From positions 543,872-607,871 of the forward strand of contig NMRA01000070.1 in NCBI GenBank assembly GCA_002633005.1: a stretch of 64,000 nt of DNA, read 5' to 3'. Positions 1 to 16,874 of this stretch are shown in pieces (positions within the stretch are counted from its first letter, which is position 1; each line of letters opens with the position of its first letter). The translations under genes and the position numbers were made by a program. The notes under the pieces are model-generated. The model was not told the DNA's origin. It made no database searches and worked only from the letters and a program-made list of their open reading frames with translations. This DNA comes from Phoronis australis. Its lineage: Eukaryota; Animalia; Phoronida.

Positions 1-205
1 GATGGGGGAGGGGGGGTGGGGTGTTTGGAGAACAATGCGCAAAGCACAGTATCTGAAAGTTGTATTTTAATCCGATCAGCCATTCCTGAGACATGATTTC
101 CTAAGTTGGCCAAATTTGGGTAATTTCTGGGGTCAAAGCCACGAAATGTCTAAAACCATGTTTGCCATACATGGGTGTTGTCAATTGTTGGGTGCTAATA
201 TCTGA

Positions 206-4600
<4,395 letters not shown>

Positions 4601-4931
4601 ATTGTGATTAATTGAGATTTTTGAACCAGTGGAGACTTAACGTCTTCTATATTGTAAATTCTAAATATTTTATATGGTCAGGTACGTCCATTTGCCCTAA
4701 AGACTTCTTGGTTCCTCTCTTTTGTAAGATACAAATTACTTAACTTTCTTTAAAGGAAGTTGCAAACTAAAATACAAATATCAGAGTAACCTGTAGAGCG
4801 TTTTCTACAATGTATTTATTTTACTTCAAAGTTACTATTATTTAGTAATATCTGGTGTATAGGCAGTTTGTATTGAATCATGCCAATCATATAATGTATG
4901 ATTAATTGTAAATTTTCTTTCTGTGTTGAAA

Positions 4932-4937
4932 ATTAAA
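4932..4937 (+). terminator. Candidate MCM2 polyadenylation signal (ATTAAA)
   Basis: ATTAAA about 330 nt after the stop codon, followed by a GT-rich tract (ctggtgtgtgtttg) near 4973. Confidence 0.35.
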
Positions 4938-6247
4938 TCTTTTGAATTGAAATTCAGTAACTTGGAAGAACCCTGGTGTGTGTTTGCCAGCAATGTACAG
5001 TATCAGGATATCACTTATTGAGCGGATGGTCATGTTTGATGACTGTTATTGCAGAAAGTGTTTGATTGTGTTGGACTTGTAAATATATTGTGTACAGAAT
5101 ATCGAGCATTTCAGTGTAGTTCTGGAGATGGATAGGCAATAGTCGGTATAATGTGCCAATGTTTTTGAGAATCACTTTGATGCCCCTTAGTCATTGGTGA
5201 AAACTTGTTCTCAAAATGTGGTCTCATTATATCCGACAACTACAGATATAAACTTTCATTAATCGAGAGAAGTCACTTATAAGTAGGAACATTTCGTGAA
5301 TGAAAATGGGATTGGTATGTATTAACATTTTTCATATTTTTCTGGCAAATGCATAAAAACCAGAATTCAGAAATTCTATAGACAACATACTGTCAATTGC
5401 CTTCAGACATGATCACTTGGATTCTTTCGCATGTTCAAATTGCAGAACACGATCAATGTTGCAAAGTAGAACACATTTTTCAGCATTAGTTTTATTACAT
5501 TAATAGCAGATTATAAAACAATAGCATATGAAATTTTCAGACATTCACTGGTTGTAAATATATTTTCAATAAATCAAATACAGGAAATGAACTCGTGTTC
5601 AGCGATGTTTTCTCCAGACCACCCAAGCTGCTCTTACAAAGCTCCACCCACTGATCTTGACAGCAGCTGAAGTCTACGCCATCTCAACGAAACGTTGCTG
5701 AATGTAAGCCCAAGTCCAGTATTTGTTTTATTTGTTCTCAATAAAATGAATACTTTGTGTAATAAAATAAAGTTGCCAAAAACCTGGGTAACAGTTGCAA
5801 AGACAAAAAAAATTTACTTTAATTTTTATTATAAAAGCTAAAAAATTGGACAAAATATTGCCAGGTTAACAGTGGTACTCGTAACTTTTAAGCACAAAAT
5901 GGTCATTACACGTTACATAGCTAAAGTGACCTGCACTGAAAGTGACATTCTCAGAGTTCCGTTTATCGTGGCTGTACTAAAGAAATAAAAGTCCTATGCA
6001 GTGCTAATTGAGCAGAAATTGTGATGCTGAAACCAGAAGACATCAAGTTTGCAGTCATGGTGAATCTTTCCAGGAAGCAGTGAGTTTCATTCAGATCAAG
6101 CTTTTATCGTGTTACCAGGAACACCGTATAAAAAAACACAACATGAACAGTTCCACCCAAAAACATGAACCGAAGTGATGGTTTTCAAAGATAGCACTGC
6201 ATGGGTTTTAAATGTAATTCCGAGTTTTAGCACCAAGCCTGAAACTA

Positions 6248-6323
6248 GAGGATTGGTACCCACATTGAGGATTGGTACCCACATTGAGGATTGGTACCCA
6301 CATTGAGGATTGGTACCCACATT
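6248..6323. repeat. 19-bp tandem repeat x4 (GAGGATTGGTACCCACATT)
   Basis: Four perfect adjacent copies with no spacers. Confidence 0.95.
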
Positions 6324-9300
6324 TAAAATGGCTACAAAGCTTCTTTCCTTGGAAGAAACTAACTCTTGGTTTACATCACTGCTATAAAATAGGTCTCGGC
6401 TTGTTCAGTACGGAGATGTAAAGTAACTTTTGGTCTTGTTAAGAACTGACATTCGTTATTGCTCAAGATCTTGCGCGGAGGAATAACGGGACCTGCCATG
6501 ACAAGTTAAATCGTAGAGCCTTGTCTCGAGCAATAGGCAACTCTAACTTAACTTGGGATAACATTTAGTTGGACAGATGAACAATTTGAAGCCATTTTAA
6601 TAACGATGGTTGAAATCAAAAGTTCAATTTTGTGATGGAAGGTGGGTATGTTGCCACTTTAAACATACTCGTTTTGTTTTGAAAATGAATCGGTACAAAT
6701 CATTCCAGTTAAAAATTTACAAAATGACGCAACATTGATTTCTTTCAGAAGAAATATTCGCCACCTTTAATATTAAGCAAGGATATTGGAAGCAGACTAT
6801 TACTCAATGCATGAGATCCGAGATCTTGTGCAGTAGTCTCAACATCCTTTTTCAGTAGTGACACCTCGGCTGCTTGTAGATAAGTCTACAATCATGGTTT
6901 GTGCCTTTAGAGCTTGCATTTTGCAATTGCACTGCCCGAACTATTGCCAAAATAATTACCAACACTTATGGTCATGGAAGACGTTGAACAGCATTTTAAT
7001 TCTGAAGTGTCTTGTATTGCTAGGCAGACAAAAGGTAGGTACAGAATTTCCCATCAGAATACACTTACTGCAAGCTGAGATAAGCACAGGAAGTAAGTGG
7101 CGCCTCCAATGGGAATTTGTTGTGTAAGATCTACTATGATGCATGTAAGTGTTGGGTTGTTTACTAATGTTAAATAAGCCAAATGCATTTTAAGAATTCA
7201 TCACATTGCTTTGCATCCATTGACAATCATAAACTCTGTAAATAAATGCAAACTATGAAAGGGCAGAAACTTAATCCAGAAGCCCTGCTTGCTTTCCAAA
7301 GTAACAAGCAATAATACTTGGTCCCAGATCAACCTTCTTATCCAACAACCAGAAGTTGTCAGACTACAAGAATACCTTACTAAACTAAAATACAATCACT
7401 GTACCTTTTCCCGCAATAGTCACTTACACTGACTTACAAGGGTTTTGAGAACCCGCTTTTTTAACTAAATAATGGGCATCAAAATGGTTCTCCAAATCCA
7501 GGACCCATTAAGTGACCACAGCTCTAATTATTTCATGACTAACCCCTTTCAACACACACCAGAATGTTACAGCAATACCAGCGCTTAGTGCTAATGATTG
7601 TTCAGGTTACACTTTCCCAAAAGGGAATAATTGACGCGCAAAATATAATTTTATGTTAAAATACGCTAGCACATGACACTAATGAGGTAAAAGAGTAGCA
7701 AAAAAAGAACAAAGAGTTTTTTATGTAATCCACAAACAAGATTCAATTGCCTTTTGAAGCTGCTGTTAACCAGCTTTCTGTCAATCTACATCTGATAAAG
7801 GCCACCAATACAAAACCGGTCTCCAACTGTTTCTTATTTCAAAATTCTAGACTTGGAAAAGAATACCCTCTAACACAGCGCCACCTATACTGAAAAGTGG
7901 ACCTGTGGAAACATGATGAATGACACACGGAATTCCGTGTGTGGGCATCAATGTGCATGATTGGTTGGAATTTTATTGATCACATGACCACCACTTGCAC
8001 TCGCCTTCTATGTACTGTACTTGTTTGGGCTTAGCCACAGGATCAGGGTTCCCTTGATGGTATGTTTACTTCGATTACTGCCCATTTTAATGAATTGCAA
8101 CTTTTCAAGTCAAAGGTGGTCGCTATACTACGTAACAGAAAACTGGAAGGTGTTTCCGAATTTCAACCAATGGGAATGACTGAATATTATGACGTCGGTT
8201 TCATTACTTTAACCAATGAGAAGCCATGATAAACAACATTGCACAGTAGCACTGTGAAAGAGTGTAGGAAAAGACTAGCAACATTCAACGCGTGACCTTG
8301 ACCTTGCTGGTCATTTTGCACTATGATCCCAGGTCTTCCCAAGTCTAGAAATCATGTGACCTGAATAAAAACTGGTTGAAACCAGTAAACACGAGTTACA
8401 TTTTCAAAAGAAGGCAAGTTTGCAACACATTTGAAGAAAAAAGAGTAAAGATTGATGTTACAAAACGTACAATTACCTCAAAAACTGTCAATTGTGCACT
8501 ACCGTACAACTGCAACAATAATACAGTATTACTTCATTTTCTATATACAATTCAGTACAAAATAAGCAAGGGATAAATGCAAAATTACTTTGATTATGAC
8601 CCAATTAAAGAGCTATGAAGCTCTCTCATAAAGTATACTGCTACGTTAGAGCAAACTTCAAGATGCACTGCTACACACATTTTATCACAATATACTTATC
8701 TCTGAATTCAATCTTGCATATTCCTAATATTAACCATGTTCATGTAAGAAACTTATCATTGTATTTATTATTCAACATGCATAGAGTAAAAAACTTTTAA
8801 ATGGGATTAATTTACAAAAATAAGCAAAATTCACTACATTTTTCCATAGGAGGTAGCATTAGAAAGACAGGCATGTAAAATGTAGCATCTTATCACAAAA
8901 TCTCAACTGATCCACAGACTTGATTTTCATCAACAAGAAAATATGAAAAAACAATTAAGATTCTTATAGAACATGCCAAGAATAATCAGACAAACCGTTA
9001 CAAAACCTTCAACTTAGTTTCAAATTTGGACGACAGCGAGTTCCAAATTGAGGCTAAATACAGCTATTAATCTATTTCGTTGTAAGGCATTGCTGCAGTG
9101 TTTTGTCCAGAATAATGGCTAGAAAGCCAATTATCTACCATGATTCAAAGAGTTAAAAAACCAACTGGAACTTCTTTCGTCAACATGTATCAGAAAACCG
9201 AAATCCAATGCATCATTCTGTTTTGGCTAACTTCAACTGTTAATATTTCTTCGGAGAAAATCATCCTAACCTAACAGTTCACGAAGAATTCAATTTCCAA

Positions 9301-11040
9301 GCCAAACTGTTTGAACCAGACGTGTTTTACAGTAATTGCTTTGCTTCACACAAAAGGAACTTAGACCAGTGTTCCTCACAAACAGGCTTCTTCATGACGG
9401 CGGATCTTGAACCAGTTTATTAACGATGCAGAAGTTGTAGAGAAACGGCCCGGTTTAAACGTTTTTCTTCTCCAAACGACAGGTCATCACTACTCATTTC
9501 AACTACAGTGGCAGAGAAATCCCCTGACACTCGATCGTTATGTTGGGAGGTTCCGTGTCACTTTGTCAGTTTATTTTTGGCACAAACTGCTTTACCTGCT
9601 TCACAGAGCATTGCTACAAGGCGTTTACAATCAATACATAGCTTCATTGGCAGCAAGCCTCTGCATAGAACTAATGACTGACTTCTGGAGTCTGTTTCAT
9701 CAAAGTGACTTCAGACTTAAGACAAAAATTAGGTCTCATGACCAGCAGGGAGAAATAGGCAGTGTGAATGGTCGATAATAGCCGCCGCATTCAACATAAA
9801 AATCTTCATTGTATATTGCATATCAATTAGTTTCTTTAGTTAGTACATTGAACACCAGTGTCTTGACTAGCACCAAATAATTCGCTACACATGTCAGGCA
9901 ACAAAAGAGTTTAATAAAAATGTGAAGTCATCCATAATGCAGTAAAAAATCTGAGAAGAGCATTCCTGATAAACCGGTTTCTTGACGACTGGTTCTTGCA
10001 CAAATCTAAAGACGAAGCACAAGGTGATGTCAAATGAGCCAAGTTTCTAATGTCTCGCCAACATTCTTTGCAAATGCCAGAACATATTTGAAAAGCGCCG
10101 CGAGTGCTCACTGTAACATGATTCGGTTGTACAGTCATTCATTGGGATTCCCCCAATCATTGCATTAAGAATTATAGAAATCAGATAATTATTACAACAC
10201 AGAAAAGCAATGTTTCCATTTGCTCCCACCCTTTCCTGATCAACCAATAACCAAAATTTATCTACAAATTATATGCCTAGTTAAAACTCAGTGACTTTTC
10301 CAAGAAGTTTTGATTCACAATTAGCGCACCAAGTGCTTCACCTGACATCCAACCCAAATGTACAGCAAAAAAAGTGCAAGCCAAAAGTATTCACACAGAA
10401 TGACCCAGAATTCCCTGTCATGATGGCTGAGTGGAATTCAGATTCATCGTCCGAATACTCTTTCCTGGACCATGACCAAGTGAACATAACAGCCACAGGA
10501 AAGTTAGTAAGGTGGTTTAGCCAGTGTGTATTCCATTTCAGACCACAGTGTGATTCTACAGCTGATCTGGACCAATCACAGTCTGAATTCCTCTCTACAT
10601 TCATATAAGCTAAATCCACCAGGGGCGATTTCCGTTGCGCGAGCTTCTGGGCAGTATCAGATATTAGGCAAGACTGTGAGCACTAGCAAAATGGCCGCCA
10701 ATAAAATGATTGGTTGGCCACGCTGGAATGCTGAATTATGAAATAAAGCTGCAAGAAAACAAACTACCTCAGAGTCTGTTCTACAAGCTAAGAATTCTCA
10801 CAGTAAAAGTCTTGCAAATGCTTTGCATAACACAACATGGCGTCGTCGCTATCACCATGCTGTTGTACACTCCCATTGCTGGTAAATGAAGCCAGAGTTT
10901 ATCAGCAGTATTCACTTTCACAAAATCACTCTCCATCAGAGAAACTCCCCACCTTTCACATGGTGAGACTCCAAAAATTGTCGTCCATAATTTGTTCCCA
11001 CGTTCATTACTTCTCGTTACCTTTCCCTATAGCTCCGCCA

Positions 11041-14000
11041 TTACACTTTAATGGACACCTGGTCTTCATAAATGTAGTCTGTAGTTTTTGGTACATTCAC
11101 ATATAATGAATCATCCTCTGTTGTTCTCTTTCCTTTTGCCTTCGCCTCCAGAGTCTGTATCACGTTATCCACCATGTGTACGAGGTCCGAAAACAACGGC
11201 CGGTCATGGCTGTCAGCTGACCAGCACTGACGCATGATGCTATATCTAAAATGTAGAAGTTAACAGTTAATGTAACAGTTCTGCACAGAAGAGTCCAAAA
11301 CACTGGAGGGGGGTCGGTTGGTGTAACGCAACAGTGAGGCTGTGGCGCCATGATTTTTCAAATTTCTGGCATGGGATGGGACTATGGGACGTAAACATAG
11401 AACAGTTAGGAAAATTTTTTATCCACAGTATTTCTGAACACAGATAGAAAACTTACCAAAACAACACTGAACACATATTGCATGTCTTAATGTAATGCTT
11501 AAAAGAGGCTGCATACACAAAATAAACCTGTAAGTTGCTTGACCCGAGTTCATCAAATAAGATGTTTAAAATTTAAGAAAAATTAGCAATCAAATGTTAA
11601 TTACCACAACGTGTTTGTGGAAATAATTCATAACTTAGAGGAAACTCGGAAAAACTTGACGTCTAGTTTCAATTCAAAATCAATTAAAAATGGCAAAAAA
11701 CAAGAATTCAGAAACTTCAAGATTGTCTTGTACTTACAGTTCATTAGGACAGTAGGCTGGTTGGGGCATGCGCCGATTGCCCTTCAGGTATCGTATAATG
11801 TCCCAGTTATCGACATCTGGGTACGGAGTGACACCGCGGGTCATGAGCTCCCAAATCAAAACACCATAGGACCACTGAAAACAACAGATGGCGCACATGA
11901 GATGTCTGCACAAGTTAATGTTACCAAACTTAATGAATGAGAGTTTTACTGAATTTCACTCAGGTGGATTTCGAAAAATAAACACCCCTGGGCACATAGA
12001 CGGACAACAGCAACAAGAGTGGTAACCATCAAGAGTCTTTCACAACACCACCAGTGCAACCACTCCAGCTGCCAACACTACAACCACCAACACCACGGCC
12101 ACCAACACTACAACCACCAACACCATGGCCACCAACGCTACAACCACCAACACCACAGCCACCAACACCANNNNNNNNNNNNNNNNNNNNNNNNNNNNNN
12201 NNNNNNNNNNNNNNNNNNNNNNNNNNNNNNNNNNNNNNNNNNNNNNNNNNNNNNNNNNNNNNNNNNNNNNNNNNNNNNNNNNNNNNNNNNNNNNNNNNNN
12301 NNNNNNNNNNNNNNNNNNNNNNNNNNNNNNNNNNNNNNNNNNNNNNNNNNNNNNNNNNNNNNNNNNNNNNNNNNNNNNNNNNNNNNNNNNNNNNNNNNNN
12401 NNNNNNNNNNNNNNNNNNNNNNNNNNNNNNNNNNNNNNNNNNNNNNNNNNNNNNNNNNNNNNNNNNNNNNNNNNNNNNNNNNNNNNNNNNNNNNNNATTC
12501 TTGTGAACAGAACGCAGGATGATTACCCTTTAATCCAGGTATGTTTTGAAGCAACTGTGAAGGTAGCACATGCCAAATTTCTTTAAAACTGCTGCTCGCA
12601 AAAACCACAAGCAAAGCCAACACACATGAGTAACACTGGTTACTGACTGCCCCCATCACTGTCAACAACACCAGCATTACCATCACTACTGCCAACGACA
12701 ATGGCACACACATCCAAAATCTGCAACACCCCTACCACCACCATTATATCAACCACTGCCAACAACATCTCAACAACATTTCCTCCAACACCAACAACAG
12801 CACTGCCTCCACTACCACTGCCAACACCACCACTGCCAACAGCCCCACTGCCAACACCACTGCCAACACCATCACTGCCAACACCGCCACCCAATCACAA
12901 TCAACACCCTCCAGCACTAAACTCACCACATCCGTCCTAGTGCTGTAGACACCCTTTTCCAAACTCTCCAGAGCCATCCACTTGACTGGCAACTTCGCCT
13001 TCTTGTCGTCACTACTGTAGTAGTCACGCTCGTACACATCACGACTCAGGCCAAAGTCAGCCACCTTCACGACCATTCTGTCACCCAACCTGGAAACATT
13101 TAAAGGGAGTTGATTAACACCAAGCCTACTCAGGTGGCTCATGAAATCAACCCAAGCTAAACTGCGACCAATCACAAATCTGTGAACCACTCTACTCCAC
13201 GTTACACCAATACACCCAAGTGTGCCTTCACCAGGTTTTGCCTTTCCACACTTGACCAGTTTTAAGTTCACACTGAAAAAGCAGTGTCGGAACAGTGTAG
13301 TGGCAATGGACTCTTCCATAAATGTCCGGTACCTGCATACCATCAGTGGTTTACGACATAGATTATGGCAAAATCTGCATCATCAGAGCTTGATTTGAAA
13401 ACCGAGTCTTCGTGACAACATGGACGCGAAGATCTCCACAAAATGAGTCAATGGGTTAGCACATCTGCATAGATTGCAGAAGACTATGGGTTCATGTCCT
13501 GGTCTAGACAGAAATCTATTTGTAGATTTGTAATCAATAGGTCGTGGGACGTGACCATGTAGGACTCTGCAAACATTGACATCAGCGGTGTAACGTACAC
13601 TTTGCTTACAGGCTTTGTTGTAGATCTGTCGAGGACATGTTTATGTTTTAGTGACAGTGCGACTAATGCCCTCTAAGAGCCTCTGGCGATTGTACCTACA
13701 TGCAGTTTCTGGCGGCCAAGTCCCTGTGCACAAACTTGAGTTCAGACAAGTAGGACATTCCACAGGCCACGTCCACGGCAAACTGCATCAAATCTCGCAC
13801 AGTGGGGTTCTGTAATGAACGTATAACAATAATTACTTCATACTGGGGTGGTTGAGGTGTTCCTGGCTTAAGTGCGTGTCGTTGAACTGATTAATACTCT
13901 CCATAAAAATGCTTTTAAGATTGTCTCAGCCTGCTACAAAAAGTTCTTGAATGGAGATTATCAGATTTCAATTGTAAGTAGTCCATTATATATCAAACTT

Positions 14001-16874
14001 TACTAACAATGCTTGTTGAACTATTACAGAGCCTACAATCTCCCAAATGGGTGCAGTGAGCCGGTGATAAGCCTGTAGTAAATATAAGGCAATCTACGGT
14101 AGAATCTCACCAATTTAAGACACAACGTGGTGAATGATGCTTTGCCAGATATCCAAGTTCTGCACGACAACCCCCAAAAGAGAGTATTTCAAAAAATTAT
14201 GGTCATCACAACAATGTTAGAAGCCCTTGAAATATGAAAAACATGAAATTTTGACAACTATTTCTATCCGAAATTGGTGATATTTTATTGTATTTTTCAC
14301 TAGTCCATTGGAAGAACTAGCTATGTCAACAGGTTTATTGTATTTTGGTCATTACAAAGTATTAGATGATGTTATAATGCCCAGCCTGATTTCCATAGAC
14401 ACAAAGCACGGACAAATAAAGCCAGCATGACCACACGCTTCGATTATGATGTACAGCAACATCCTGCAGTCTTATCTTGTGTCTTTACCATGTCTTGAGT
14501 TTATGAAATGCATCCCCGGCGTGAGCCTGGAGGTGCGCAAATGAGGGGGATAAAGCTGGTTATGTAATGTTTAGTTAACCAGATGTAACGTTGTATCTTG
14601 CTGATCATATACAAACAAAATTTCCAAGACTGCCTATTACACAATGTTCTCCACAATGCCGATATAAAAAATATCAAATGGTTTAACAAATGTTTGACTT
14701 TTGCATCAGGTTCTATTCTCCATGAACATATAGTAAAAGTCTTACCTTTGTTTCATCCCTGATATAACTCAGTAGGTCTCCGTGTCTCATGAATGGCAGT
14801 ATCACCATAGGCATGTCAGTCTTGTTTTCCATGCAGATGCCAACAAGTTCTAGAACATTCTCGTGCTGGAAGTCTTTCATGATTAGTGCTTCTTGTAGGA
14901 ATTTATTCAGATCTTGCTCTCTAGGGTTGAGACCTGTAGCAAGAAATAAGGGCATCATATTGAATAAAAGTAAAATCTTTTTGGATTTCATCTCATGACT
15001 GGACCATAAACAAAATAGGAAGCTCGCTGGAGCTTTCAAATTTCAATATTTTCTGTGGGAAGAGTAAAGGACAAGACATTATCATAATTTTTGGAAATAC
15101 TATAAAATGAGGCAAAATAGAAGTGTCAGGTTTCGGTTCTCTGGTACCCACTGATGAATGGTTTTAGTTACTCTTTGAACCATAGTAGATAATTGGCCTG
15201 AGAGTGACGCCGGACAAAAGAGCATAGTGCGATATCTGAGCTAGCCTGGATTTAGAAAATGCAGTCGTCTGGAGCTGAAACCAAATGCGATGATTTTGTA
15301 ATGACAACAGAAAGTATACACATGGCAGTTGGAAAAATTCAGAAAAAATTGAAAGGGCCTGTTAATGAGTCATGCATACGTAATGCGAGCTGACCACCTC
15401 AGGATGTGAGCCGATGGAGAATATTGGGACCGAGAGAAGGAAGTTGGTCATCATTGAGCACGCAAGGCAGTCTTAAATTTCTGTTTCATAACAAAAACTT
15501 AGTCTGGGCGATCTGGGGTTTGCTGGCAGACAGTTACTCAGTTCACCAGTTTTTCACTTGAGGTATCTCATTTTTATTTCATTGTTAATTCTTGCCAACT
15601 ACGCGTTATTTGTAGGGGACAGGACAGGACCTCCCGTACAAGATTTCCTTGTTTTGGCAACCTTAGTTTGGGTTTGGCGACCTAGGAATTTAGTCAAGTT
15701 GCATTTGGGGAGTTGACGCTATGCCAGGTGTCAAGCCTTGTATCTATAAATAATAATAGTAATAGTTACAATAATAAATGATAAACATAAAGATCAAAAT
15801 CAATGAAATTGAAAATAACTGATGAATTTATTAAAAAATTCAATTCACATTAACACTTTTTTAGAATACAAAAGATCACAGTGTCATCATAAGGAATTAA
15901 ACCCCATAGCAGAAATGACAGATTTTGAGTTGGCTAGGCCTTGTGCCCACAGGTGCTTGAAATGCAATAACCCAGCCTTATCCTAACAACAAACAGAAAA
16001 CGTAAAAAATAACCAGGGGTCTGTTTAATGAAAAGGGACTTATAACCTAAGTCAGAAATTTTGTTTTACACTACACACAATAAAGCATAATGATTTCTGA
16101 AAAATAATCAAATCTCAGACTCGGAGAATATACACCTGTTTGTCACTAAGATAATTTCTATGCGCTCATAAGTACTTAATCTTTTTCAGCAGTTGTGATG
16201 TGGGGAGAATAAGACCAAATTTGCGTCTTACATCAAGTCGCTTTCATAAAACAGACCCCAGATCCTGGANCAATTATAATAAATGATAAACATAAAGATC
16301 AAAATCAATGAAACTGAAAATAACTGATGAATGTATTAAAAAATCCAATTCACATTAACACTTTTTTAGAAGACAAAAGATCACAGTGTCATCATAAGGA
16401 ATTAAACCCCATAGCAGAAATGACAGATTTTGAGTTGGCTAGGCCTTGTGCCTACAGGTGCTTGAAATGCAATAACCCAGCCTTATCCTAACAACAAACA
16501 GAAAACGTAAAAAATAACCAGGGGTCTGTTTAATGAAAAGGGACTTATAACCTAAGTCAGAAATTTTGTTTTACACTACACACAATAAAGCATAATGATT
16601 TCTGAAAAATAATCAAATCTCAGACTCGGAGAATATACACCTGTTTGTCACTAAGATTATTTCTATGCGCTCATAAGTACTTAATCTTTTTCAGCAGTTG
16701 TGATGTGGGGAGAATAAGACCAAATTTGCGTCTTACATCAAGTCGCTTTCATAAAACAGACCCCAGATCCTGGAGAGTTAAATTTTCACTTACTAGCGTG
16801 TAAAGTTTTCACAGCAACTTCCACAGATGGGTCTTCCCTTCTTAGAATGCCTCTGAATACACACCCAAAGTGAC
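11041..16874 (-). CDS. MET: MET-like RTK tyrosine kinase domain and C-terminal tail (6 exons)
   Basis: All catalytic motifs are intact. The activation loop has three tyrosines (VYERDYY) as in MET, and the tail is [23 protein letters not shown]. Confidence 0.95.

Noticed and set aside
6248-6323. CRISPR-like appearance of short repeats (also 44826-45007 and 36262-36655)
   Set aside because: The units are head-to-tail with no unique spacers, the context is eukaryotic, and there are no cas genes. These are ordinary minisatellites.
8160-8230. CCAAT/CRE-like cluster as an internal promoter
   Set aside because: There is no downstream exon or ORF support, and motifs this short arise by chance.
12019-12940. 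His/Gln-, Pro/Thr- and Gly-rich ORFs
   Set aside because: They are translations of low-complexity intronic repeats and N-gaps, open in several frames at once.
13440-13510. Functional tRNA gene (also 52054-52130)
   Set aside because: The acceptor stem and T-loop are degenerate, so these are better explained as SINE heads.
15769-16773. Recent biological tandem duplication (also 36274-36883)
   Set aside because: Both junctions fall exactly on a single N and the copies differ only by allelic-level SNPs, so scaffolding of overlapping haplotype contigs is the likelier cause.
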